DNA of 64,000 bases from Vitreimonas sp. (lineage in GTDB: Bacteria > Patescibacteriota > Microgenomatia > UBA1400 > PJMF01): NCBI GenBank assembly GCA_035627515.1, contig DASPLQ010000012.1:567558-631557 (forward strand), read 5' to 3'. Below, one piece after another: positions 48,534 through 57,460 of this stretch; the stretch's first letter is position 1, and the number at the start of each line of letters is the position of its first letter. A program made the translations under genes and the position numbers. The notes beneath the pieces are model-generated. The model saw nothing but the letters and a program-made list of their open reading frames with translations, did not search any database and was not told where the DNA came from.

Positions 48534-48986
48534 ATGAAAATGTATCTTGGTAGTGATCATGGCGGTTTTGAGCTCAAAGAGCAGTTAAAAGCGTGGCTGA
48601 GTGCTCAAGGTCATACAATCGAGGATTGTGGCGCCTATGCCGCTACTCCAGATGATGATTTTCCCCAGTTTGCTTTCGCCGTCGCCGAAAAAGTAGCAGC
48701 TGAGCCAGAGGCCAGAGGCCTGTTGCTTTGCCGCTCGGCAGGGGGAATGGTGATTGCTGCCAATAAGGTGCCGGGAATTCGCGCCGTAGCCGCTCTCAAC
48801 GAAGCCCAAGTCAAACAAGATAGAGAACACGACGATATTAATATTCTCTCGATCTCAGGCAACTGGACGACCAGCGAGCAAGCCCAGCACTTAATTCAGC
48901 TCTTTCTTGACACACCTTATAGCCAAGAAGAACGCCACCAGCGGCGTTTAAACGCCATTACCGCTTACGAGCAAGCTCAGGTATAA
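48534..48986 (+). CDS. rpiB: ribose-5-phosphate isomerase B
   Basis: MKMYLGSDHGGFELK ... CRSAGGMVIAANK (RpiB/LacAB family). Confidence 0.85.
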   Translation: MKMYLGSDHGGFELKEQLKAWLSAQGHTIEDCGAYAATPDDDFPQFAFAVAEKVAAEPEARGLLLCRSAGGMVIAANKVPGIRAVAALNEAQVKQDREHDDINILSISGNWTTSEQAQHLIQLFLDTPYSQEERHQRRLNAITAYEQAQV

Positions 48987-48993
48987 TCTGGCC

Positions 48994-49653
48994 ATGCAGA
49001 TTTTTCCCGCTATCCTTACAGATTCCGTCGCTAGCGTGCAGGAGCAACTAGATTTAGCTGCCGAGAGCGAAGACACCAAAACCGTCCAGATTGACATTAT
49101 TGATGGTCAGTTCGTGGATAATATTACGGTGGCCCCCCTCGATATCACCACGCTCAACTTTCACCACCTGACCTGCGACCTCCATTTATTAGTGGATGAG
49201 CCTATGGATTATGTTTTTGAGGCCGAAGCCGTCAAGACATACTTACCGATCCGTGCTGTCATTGCTCAAATTGAACACATGAGTTATCAAACCAGTTTTC
49301 TGGAAGAAGTCAAAAAACAAAATTGGCAAGCTGGTCTAGCCCTTGATATTTTTACGCCTTTAGATGAAGTTGAAGAAGCCTGCTGGCGACAGCTCGACAT
49401 CATTCAGTTGATGGGCAATGAAGCTGGTTTCCAAGGTGAAGACCTTCATCCGCACTTGATTCCAAAAATTAAAGAATTGACTCAGCTGCTGAGCGAAAAA
49501 GGTTTAAAACCCGAAATTTACATTGATGTAGGCGTCAAACGTGACAATATTGAATCATTGCAGAAGGCGGGTGCCACGGGCTTTGCGGTCGGAAGTGGTA
49601 TTTGGCAAGCTCCTCAACCAGTCCAGATGCTCAATGAGTTATTAGCTCTCTAA
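48994..49653 (+). CDS. ribulose-phosphate 3-epimerase family protein (divergent)
   Basis: Aligns along its length with Rpe (IDIIDGQFVDNITVAP, DLHLLV, GFQG, IDVGV), but the first metal-ligand His is Q. Confidence 0.55.
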   Translation: MQIFPAILTDSVASVQEQLDLAAESEDTKTVQIDIIDGQFVDNITVAPLDITTLNFHHLTCDLHLLVDEPMDYVFEAEAVKTYLPIRAVIAQIEHMSYQTSFLEEVKKQNWQAGLALDIFTPLDEVEEACWRQLDIIQLMGNEAGFQGEDLHPHLIPKIKELTQLLSEKGLKPEIYIDVGVKRDNIESLQKAGATGFAVGSGIWQAPQPVQMLNELLAL

Positions 49654-49706
49654 TCTCTCACCCAAGGTGACAGCGCTGCCATTTTGTGTGCATAATAGTA
49701 ACCGGT

Positions 49707-50531
49707 ATGAAGACTCAAGTCGCGGTTCCTAAAATCCAGCAGTATTGTACGATCAAAAACATTGCCTTATTTGGCAGTGCTGATATTGACGAGCGGCACC
49801 CTCTCTATCAAGAAGCTTTCAAAGTAGCGCGGTACTTGGCGTATCATGGCAAAGTAGTCGTCAATGGTGGTGGCCCGGGTGTGATGGCAGCGGCGACCTT
49901 AGGAGCGCAATCAGCAGGCGGTGAGACGCTTGCGGTGACGTTTTATCCCAAAGACATGCCTAACTTCGAAGGTCGGTTTGCAGGGAACATCGTCAAAAAA
50001 GAAATTAAAACGGCTAATTATATCGAACGGATGTTTGGGTTAATGGATCATGCTGAGGCCTTTGTGTGTTTCCAGGGTGGGACAGGCACTTTATCTGAGT
50101 GGGCTACAGCTTGGCTATTGGCACATTTATATTATGGCAATCACAAGCCCATGATTCTGTATGGCGAGTTTTGGCATGATTTGATGCGCGTCATTAATGA
50201 TCATTTCTTTATCAGTGAAACTGAGCGCAAAGTCTACAAAATTGTCAAAAATGAAGAAGAATTGATTCAAGCTTTAAATGAGTTTGAAGAGGAACTTGAG
50301 ACTAGATGTGGGTTAAATAAGGCCATGGGTGCGATGCCTCCAGAGCGGAGTGAAGAGAGTGTTGAACAGCCTGTAAAGCTGCCTCAGGCTCAACCTATTG
50401 CAGAACCATCACCACCTTCACCTCAATTTGATTCATTTTTAGAAACAGGTGGCACTTTTCAGCACCGGCTTCGTTCACATTTTCATCAAACTGGCAAACT
50501 ACACTTAACAACCTTACTAGCTCGACAGTAA
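49707..50531 (+). CDS. LOG-family (TIGR00730) nucleotide-binding protein with a C-terminal extension
   Basis: GGGPGVMAA ... FQGGTGTLSE motifs. Confidence 0.65.
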   Translation: MKTQVAVPKIQQYCTIKNIALFGSADIDERHPLYQEAFKVARYLAYHGKVVVNGGGPGVMAAATLGAQSAGGETLAVTFYPKDMPNFEGRFAGNIVKKEIKTANYIERMFGLMDHAEAFVCFQGGTGTLSEWATAWLLAHLYYGNHKPMILYGEFWHDLMRVINDHFFISETERKVYKIVKNEEELIQALNEFEEELETRCGLNKAMGAMPPERSEESVEQPVKLPQAQPIAEPSPPSPQFDSFLETGGTFQHRLRSHFHQTGKLHLTTLLARQ

Positions 50532-50533
50532 CT

Positions 50534-51463
50534 ATGTTTGACGTCCTTACGATTGGCACCGCCGTCGTTGATATTTTTATTCATTCTCCGGAGCTGAAAG
50601 TTCGCCGTGAGGAAAATCAAGAATGGTTGTGTCAATTGTATGGCGAAAAACTAACGGTTAGTGATTTAGCCATTCACTCAGGAGGAGCCGCTACTAATAC
50701 CGCGGTTGGGTTTCAACGGTTGGGTTTCAAAACAGCCTGTATTGCTGAATTAGGCAAAGATTTTTTAGCTACTAAAGTTTTGGAAGAGCTGCATCAGGCT
50801 CAAATCGAGACTAAGCTCTTAGTTCGCGAAAAATTGGAACAAACGGGTGGCTCGGTGATTCTGGTCGGTGAAGATGGCGGCAGGACGGCTTTGGTATACC
50901 GTGGTGCTTCTGCGCAACTGGATCCTCAGGACTTAGCGATGGAAGAAATCAGTACTGCCCGATGGCTGCACCTCTCTAGCATTGGTGGCCGGCTAGAAAC
51001 TCTCACCACGTTATTCAAAGCTCTTAAACATTATCAACGCCATTACTCCTGGAATCCTGGTCGGGCGGAGTTGGAGTTGCTCACATCAGGACAGTTAGCT
51101 ATTACCGAGCTTTCCGCTCAAGTTTTATTACTCAATCAAGAAGAATGGCACACGTTAGCTCCTGTGCAGCCACAGTTGCAGCAACAGATCGAAAGAATTG
51201 TCGTCACCAATGGTGATCAGGGTGGAGTCTTGCTAGAACGGGGTCAAGCACCGTACCAGTATTCCGCCGCTCAGGTGAGTTCACTTGATGACACTGGAGC
51301 TGGAGATGCTTTTGGGACGGGCTTTGTAGCGGGATTACTGTCGGGGAAAACGAGCCAGGAAGCGCTGAATTGGGGAGTGCACAACTCTGCCAGCGTGGTC
51401 CAGCACGTGGGTGCTAAGCCTGGATTGTTGACTCGTGCCCAACTCGAAGCCTCATTCCGCTAG
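50534..51463 (+). CDS. PfkB-family carbohydrate/nucleoside kinase
   Basis: C-terminal DTGAGDAF anion-hole motif; ribokinase-like fold. Confidence 0.75.
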   Translation: MFDVLTIGTAVVDIFIHSPELKVRREENQEWLCQLYGEKLTVSDLAIHSGGAATNTAVGFQRLGFKTACIAELGKDFLATKVLEELHQAQIETKLLVREKLEQTGGSVILVGEDGGRTALVYRGASAQLDPQDLAMEEISTARWLHLSSIGGRLETLTTLFKALKHYQRHYSWNPGRAELELLTSGQLAITELSAQVLLLNQEEWHTLAPVQPQLQQQIERIVVTNGDQGGVLLERGQAPYQYSAAQVSSLDDTGAGDAFGTGFVAGLLSGKTSQEALNWGVHNSASVVQHVGAKPGLLTRAQLEASFR

Positions 51464-51513
51464 CCTCTGAGCCGCCAATATGTCACAATGAGAATCGATA
51501 AGTATGCGCTGCC

Positions 51514-52572
51514 ATGTCTGATTACAAACAAATTCTCGAGCAAGAAATTCAAGAACTAAAGAACCGGGTTCAAGCCTCTCAGCTGCCGGAAGAAATGTTG
51601 CGCAAAGTCAACAAAGATATCGTGGCACTGGAGCGCTCTGTGGCCATGGGTTCGTACGACGAAAAGTACGAAAAAGTCTCCAAGTATATTGATTGGGTGT
51701 TAAAGATTCCGTGGTTGGCGGAAACCAGCGATACCCTGGATATTGAAAATACTCGCCAAGTTTTTGATAAGCACCACTTCGGGATGAAGGAAGTCAAAGA
51801 GCGCTTCCTGGAGTACGTCGCAGTTCTTAATTTGCGCAAACAGCAAGATCCCGACTCCGAGTTTCGGGCGCCAGTGCTATTACTGGTGGGGTTGGTGGGT
51901 ACGGGTAAAACCACGTTTGCCTATTCATTAGCCGATGCCTTGAACCGCAAAATTGTCCGGATTCCTTTCGGTGGCATGGGTTCGGCTCGGGAGTTACGCG
52001 GACAGTCGCGACTCCATCTAGAATCAGAACCAGGCCGCATCGTCAAAGGTGTCGCGGAAGCCGGTGTTCGCAATCCCATTATTCTTTTGGATGAAATTGA
52101 TCGGTGTGCTGATGAAGCCCGGATGGACATCATGGGTGTGTTGGTGGAGCTGTTAGACCCAGCGCAGAATCACGCTTTTGTAGACAGTTATTTAGATTAT
52201 CCTATTGATCTTTCTCATGCTATTTTTATTGCCACTGCCAACAACACCACCGGCATCGCCACCGCGGTGATGGACCGGATGGAAAAAATCACGATGCCAT
52301 CCTACACGGACGAGGAAAAAATCGTGATTGCCAAGCAGTACATCATGCCTAAATTGCTGAAAGCTTCTGGACTGCGTCCTGAACAGCTCAAAATTGCCGA
52401 AGATGTCTGGCCCAAAATGGCTCGGCCGCTAGGTTTTGACGCTGGTATCCGGACTTTGGAGCGGACTTTGCAAGGGGTGGTGCGCAAGGCGGTGCGAATT
52501 ATTGTCGAACGCAAGTATCCTGAAGTGGTAGTCACCCAACAAAACTCCAAAATCTTCTTGCCGCAGTTCTAG
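51514..52572 (+). CDS. Lon-like AAA+ ATPase lacking both the N-terminal LON domain and the C-terminal S16 protease domain
   Basis: Walker A GLVGTGKTT, Walker B ILLDEIDR; roughly 250-aa region collinear with the Lon AAA+ module (VDSYLDYPIDLSHAIFIATAN ... DRMEKI). Confidence 0.6.
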   Translation: MSDYKQILEQEIQELKNRVQASQLPEEMLRKVNKDIVALERSVAMGSYDEKYEKVSKYIDWVLKIPWLAETSDTLDIENTRQVFDKHHFGMKEVKERFLEYVAVLNLRKQQDPDSEFRAPVLLLVGLVGTGKTTFAYSLADALNRKIVRIPFGGMGSARELRGQSRLHLESEPGRIVKGVAEAGVRNPIILLDEIDRCADEARMDIMGVLVELLDPAQNHAFVDSYLDYPIDLSHAIFIATANNTTGIATAVMDRMEKITMPSYTDEEKIVIAKQYIMPKLLKASGLRPEQLKIAEDVWPKMARPLGFDAGIRTLERTLQGVVRKAVRIIVERKYPEVVVTQQNSKIFLPQF

Positions 52573-52623
52573 TTGCTCGTCGCCAAGGGGTTTATCAGTA
52601 AAAAAATATGATAGGATTAGCCC

Positions 52624-53250
52624 ATGTCGAAAGCTGATCAACTCTCCGCCCTGTATCAACAACTAGAGGCAGCCGCCCCTACTTTACCATTAGCTACCAA
52701 GGCAACAGATATCGTACCCGGTGAAGGCAATCCTGCAGCCGAGATTATGTTTATCGGTGAAGCACCGGGTGAACAAGAAGCCAAACTCCGCCGACCTTTT
52801 GTGGGCCGTTCTGGACAATTATTTCGCGCCACACTCCGCCAAGTTGGCACCGCCGAAAAAGATGTTTACATCAGTAATATTGTCAAAGTTCGTCCACCTG
52901 AGAATCGCGATCCGTTACCCACTGAGATTGCTGCCTACAAACCTTACCTTGACCAAGAAATTGAGATTATTCAGCCATTATTAATTGCTACTTTAGGCCG
53001 GTTTAGCATGGGTAAATTTTTGCCCAATGTGAAGGTGTCACAAGTTCATGGCCGCTTACATAAAGTAAAATGGAATGGGAAAACACTGTACGTCTTACCG
53101 ATGTATCATCCAGCGGCGGCGTTGCGGGCTCCGAAGGTCAAAGAATCGTTTATTCAGGATTTTCAAAAACTGACCAAAGTAGTAGCGTGGATTAAGGGTC
53201 AACATGAGAGTGCGGCGCTCCAAGCAGAAGTAGCAGCCTCGCTTTTTTAG
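52624..53250 (+). CDS. uracil-DNA glycosylase, family 4
   Basis: GEAPGEQEA...PFVGRSG motif. Confidence 0.8.
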   Translation: MSKADQLSALYQQLEAAAPTLPLATKATDIVPGEGNPAAEIMFIGEAPGEQEAKLRRPFVGRSGQLFRATLRQVGTAEKDVYISNIVKVRPPENRDPLPTEIAAYKPYLDQEIEIIQPLLIATLGRFSMGKFLPNVKVSQVHGRLHKVKWNGKTLYVLPMYHPAAALRAPKVKESFIQDFQKLTKVVAWIKGQHESAALQAEVAASLF

Positions 53251-53252
53251 TT

Positions 53253-54101
53253 TTGCCGATTATGAAATTGATTGACATCGTGCTGGTGATGGTACCTATT
53301 TGGGGTTTGCTGAGTGCGGTTTATATTTATCGTCTTAATGGTCGTCGTGATTTTCTTCGCATGGACATGGTGCAGTTTTTTTATGGCTTTGTTTTATTTC
53401 CCATTTTGTACATTTGGTTAAAAACCTTGCTGTTTACCGTGGCGCGCAAAGAATTAGGTAACACCTTATCTCAAGGTGAGTTGTTTACGATCGATACTAT
53501 TTTCAGCGTGGTTTTTTTATACATTTACTCATTTGCTGTTATTCACTCGCTCACCGCCACGTTTAAGCTTAAGAAGGTCAAAGATCCGTTGTATGATTTG
53601 TTTTTGCACTCAGAATATTTCCATTTGTGGTTGTCACATCTGGTGATTTATATCGGAGGCGCAGTGTTGATGTGTGTCTTTTCGTTAATTAATTTACTAG
53701 TGCCCTTTACCTCGATTTTGCCCCAACCCCTTTTTTGGATGGGGATAGGCGTTTCTATTATTCTGGGTTTATTTGGTTATATTGGCATTTGGATGAGTAA
53801 TCCTCACCAGGGAAATTTTATGCGGATTATGAAGTTGTGGATGGCGGCTGGGGTGTTATTCCATATCTTTTTATATTTTGTGCGGAATCCTGACTTTAAT
53901 TCAAGATTTGCCCTCTATTGGTTTAGCAGTGCCTTTTTTAGTACGTTGGCGGTGAGCGGGGCCTTGATTGAACGTTCGCGCCGCGCGGTTCGCTTCTTTG
54001 ATAGCTTCAAGTACAAGACTGGTTGGGATTTCCGCGTCGATCTTTTTGATGACAAATCATTAGAAAAAGCTGAGCATGCTGTAGTAGAAGAGGAGCCGTA
54101 A
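53253..54101 (+). CDS. polytopic membrane protein, hypothetical
   Basis: About 7 predicted TM helices; no recognisable motif. Confidence 0.45.
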   Translation: MPIMKLIDIVLVMVPIWGLLSAVYIYRLNGRRDFLRMDMVQFFYGFVLFPILYIWLKTLLFTVARKELGNTLSQGELFTIDTIFSVVFLYIYSFAVIHSLTATFKLKKVKDPLYDLFLHSEYFHLWLSHLVIYIGGAVLMCVFSLINLLVPFTSILPQPLFWMGIGVSIILGLFGYIGIWMSNPHQGNFMRIMKLWMAAGVLFHIFLYFVRNPDFNSRFALYWFSSAFFSTLAVSGALIERSRRAVRFFDSFKYKTGWDFRVDLFDDKSLEKAEHAVVEEEP

Positions 54102-54411
54102 TGTCACCGGTCTTAAAAAGTGATATAATCGAAAGTGGTGAAACGTATTTTCAATGTGTCTATCAACGTTTCTACTCGTCGCCAACTCTGCTGGAACTTC
54201 GGTCTGCACTTGCCTCAGCTCTTCATGTTGAACCCATTCAGCCGTGGAAAATTCACCTAAGTTTAGTGTATGGTACGTTTGTGGTAGTCAGGACCTGATC
54301 CCAAAACCTGGAAGCAGGAGTTTGAGATCAAATTTAAAAAGTAATTATTAGTAATAACTACGATAGAGGACACCTGTGAGTGGACGCTCTATCACCAAAA
54401 GGAAGACTACT

Positions 54412-56073
54412 ATGTCTCAATTAAAAATAATTCCCTTAGGGGGAATGGGTAATGTTACCCAAAATATGTTTGTCTATGAATATGACAACGAAATGTTAAT
54501 CGTCGATTGTGGAATCGGGTTTCCCGATATTCAATCGCCAGGAGTTGATGTCTTAATTCCTGATATCACTTACCTGAAAAATGCTCTCACCGAGGGGAAA
54601 CAAATTGTGGGTATGATTTTGACGCATGGTCATGATGACCATATTGCGGCTACGCCTTATCTCTTGCCTGAGTTGCCAGAATTCCCTATCTTTGGATCAC
54701 CGTTGACGGCAGCCTTCGCCGAAAACCGAATGAAGGATAGCAATTTACAACGGACAATTACGGTCATCAAGAACCCGCAAGTATTTAAGATCAGTGAGCA
54801 CTTTTCAGCTCAAGCGATCAACATGACTCACTCGGTGCCGGACACGCGCCATTATGCTATTCATACTCCTGAGGGCATCATTTATCATGGTTCTGACTTC
54901 AAGTTGGACCACGACCCTATCGGCGGTCAAAAACCCGACTACGACACCATCACCCAACTTGGAGAGCAAGGTGTACTGTGTATGATGGTTGACTGTTTGC
55001 GGGTGGAACGACCTGACTGGAGCAAATCTGAGTCTACCGTGGGACCGACTCTGGAAAAAATCATGGCTCAAACTCGTGGTAAATATATTGTGACCTTGAT
55101 GAGCTCTCATATCCACCGCATTCAACAAGTGGTAAATGCTGCTCAGCAACATGGTCGCAAAGTGGTCTTTGTGGGCCGCTCAGTGGAGCAGAACGTGGAA
55201 GCAGCCATGGGCCTCGGTGAACTGGAAGTGCCTCGTGACATGTTAGTCAATAAACGCGAGATTGGTGATTACGATGACAGTAAATTATGTGTGGTCATTG
55301 CCGGTAGCCAAGGACAAGAGGGATCATCATTGATGCGGGCTGTGTATGGCGACCATCCAGTGATTCAAATCAAACCTCAAGACAATGTCATTTTTTCTGC
55401 TGACGTGATTCCTGGCAATGAGATTCCGTTCTATGGGGCAATTGATGAATTGTGTCGCAATGGCATTCATGTCATGTACCCCGATATCGAACCCAACCTG
55501 CACCAATCTGGTCATGCTAGTGCAGCTGAACAAGAAGATTTAGTCAAAAAAGTGAAGCCAAAATATTTGATGCCGATTGGTGGTGCTGATCGCCATCGCG
55601 TCAAGTTTGTAGAGTTTGTGGCTCAACCAGCTGGCTATAGCGAACATCAAGTTTTGATTCCTGGTAGTGGTGATGTGCTGGCTTTCGAAGGTGGCAAACC
55701 ACAAGTAGTCGATCACATTTCACTCCGCCCAGTAGCGGTGGATGGTTTGGGTGTCGGTGACGTAGGGCCCATTGTGCTCTCAGACCGCCGGACACTGGGC
55801 CAATCAGGCATCATCGTCTTAGCCATTCCTAAGTTTAAGGGTCACTATGACGTAAAAAACATGACTATTGTCTCGCGCGGTTTTGTGTTCATGAAAGAAG
55901 CCGACGAAGTCATCGAGTTCATCAAGAAAGCGACAGGCGAAATCGTGGCCGATATGGGTGATAAACCTAAAGAGGAAGAGCTGAAGCGCGCCATCGAGAA
56001 ACGCCTCGCTCGTCGCCTCTATAAGGTCATCCAGCGTGAACCAATGATTGTGCCCGTCATCCTCGAGTCATAA
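54412..56073 (+). CDS. rnj: ribonuclease J
   Basis: Metallo-beta-lactamase HGHDDH motif plus beta-CASP and C-terminal domains; AAAAGGAAG RBS before ATG 54412. Confidence 0.85.
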   Translation: MSQLKIIPLGGMGNVTQNMFVYEYDNEMLIVDCGIGFPDIQSPGVDVLIPDITYLKNALTEGKQIVGMILTHGHDDHIAATPYLLPELPEFPIFGSPLTAAFAENRMKDSNLQRTITVIKNPQVFKISEHFSAQAINMTHSVPDTRHYAIHTPEGIIYHGSDFKLDHDPIGGQKPDYDTITQLGEQGVLCMMVDCLRVERPDWSKSESTVGPTLEKIMAQTRGKYIVTLMSSHIHRIQQVVNAAQQHGRKVVFVGRSVEQNVEAAMGLGELEVPRDMLVNKREIGDYDDSKLCVVIAGSQGQEGSSLMRAVYGDHPVIQIKPQDNVIFSADVIPGNEIPFYGAIDELCRNGIHVMYPDIEPNLHQSGHASAAEQEDLVKKVKPKYLMPIGGADRHRVKFVEFVAQPAGYSEHQVLIPGSGDVLAFEGGKPQVVDHISLRPVAVDGLGVGDVGPIVLSDRRTLGQSGIIVLAIPKFKGHYDVKNMTIVSRGFVFMKEADEVIEFIKKATGEIVADMGDKPKEEELKRAIEKRLARRLYKVIQREPMIVPVILES

Positions 56074-56152
56074 CGTACTAGTTCTTGATTTTATATATAA
56101 AGGTATACAATAAGTACATATTCGATTGAGATAGCAAGGAAAAGGAGTTGTT

Positions 56153-57373
56153 ATGTTACGAAAAGAAGACAATGCCGCTTCTAATGAAGACTATAGGAAT
56201 TTGAGTTATAGAGAAGTACTTACTCAATATCTAAAACAAAAAGCGAAAGATTTGTTAGGTGTTTCTCGTAAAGATGAGGATCAGATTAGTGTACTCACTG
56301 CTGCAGACTCAACAGAACCGGCTCCAGTCCTGACTCAAGAACAAAGACAACAAGCCTATCAGTATGAGTGGAATAAGACTAACGATGTATTACGTGGCAT
56401 CTTCCCAACTATTCTCAACGAAATCTCTTCTGCAACTGCAGACGACCTGAAAGCCTTGAAAACGGCTCTTAATTTTGATCTAACTCGAGTAACCACAGGA
56501 GTTGAAGGCAGAGAAATTACTCATAAGGTAGACAGACCAAGTCCAGGTTTGCTACCAACCTTAATCAGAGCCTATCAGATTGATGCTCGTCGGTCTCGAA
56601 TTGAGGAGGAAGCAGAAGATCGCGCAATAAAACTGGAAATGTTTGACAATGTAGATGATGGATTAGATGACGTCTGTTCCCAAATTAGAGGGGCAGCATT
56701 ACAGAAGCTTCAGGAGCTTTTTCCTGAGAGTTATCCTGGTTTGCAAGACTTTGCTGGACGAAGCAATGGTATGTTGTTTAGTAATGTGCAACGTGATAAT
56801 TCCAATGTCCCTTACAACATTGATTCTCAAATTTATGATTATAAGTCTGAGCCTATGTCGGGTAGTGCTGAAAGTGATTTGACCCTAGCCCGCTTTTATA
56901 ATTTATTGGGTGTAGGGGGAGCAGAGGGATTTGTACCTCAGGTTGAAAATGTTCAGCAAGCAGAACAGCAGATTTTGCTGCATCTAGAAAATGCTCGGGT
57001 ATTAATAGGACAGGAATCAGACGCCATGTTGGGTGTTGCCCAATACAATGGTGATTATTTTACTGCATCAGCACAAGAGTGGGCAGATAAAACTCAATAC
57101 GTTTTTACCACCAAAGAAAGTGCTAAAACTGGGTACATGATTCCTGATGAAGCCCCCCAAGAAATGATTAAGAGTCCGCTTTTTCAAAGCTTAGTGGAAG
57201 CAAAAGCTTTATATGAAGCACTGAAGAAGGGCGGGCAAGTAACTGAGACCTTTCAGACGGCTTTAAGCGAGAGGTTGCGGACGTTCCAAACTGCAGTGAA
57301 TCGTGAATTTCAGAAGCGGGCCACTCAACAAGCTTATCAAATTGGCCAGCTGAGAGCTCAACGCCCATCCTAG
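56153..57373 (+). CDS. hypothetical protein (lower GC, strong RBS)
   Basis: 406-aa ORF; AAGGAAAAGGAG precedes the ATG; no recognisable motif. Confidence 0.45.
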   Translation: MLRKEDNAASNEDYRNLSYREVLTQYLKQKAKDLLGVSRKDEDQISVLTAADSTEPAPVLTQEQRQQAYQYEWNKTNDVLRGIFPTILNEISSATADDLKALKTALNFDLTRVTTGVEGREITHKVDRPSPGLLPTLIRAYQIDARRSRIEEEAEDRAIKLEMFDNVDDGLDDVCSQIRGAALQKLQELFPESYPGLQDFAGRSNGMLFSNVQRDNSNVPYNIDSQIYDYKSEPMSGSAESDLTLARFYNLLGVGGAEGFVPQVENVQQAEQQILLHLENARVLIGQESDAMLGVAQYNGDYFTASAQEWADKTQYVFTTKESAKTGYMIPDEAPQEMIKSPLFQSLVEAKALYEALKKGGQVTETFQTALSERLRTFQTAVNREFQKRATQQAYQIGQLRAQRPS

Positions 57374-57460
57374 TTTTCCCTCTTGATTAGGTGCTCTGGT
57401 TTGTGCTACTTTTATCCTATAACATTTGCAAACCTGGTTTGTGGTGTTGTGGAACTTAGT

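Noticed and set aside
54101-54298. 65-aa ORF whose HLSL segment hinted at a 2H-phosphoesterase (LigT-like) HxTx motif
   Set aside because: Only one of the two required HxT/Sx motifs is present and the ORF is too short. It is more likely spurious or a gene remnant and is not called as a feature.
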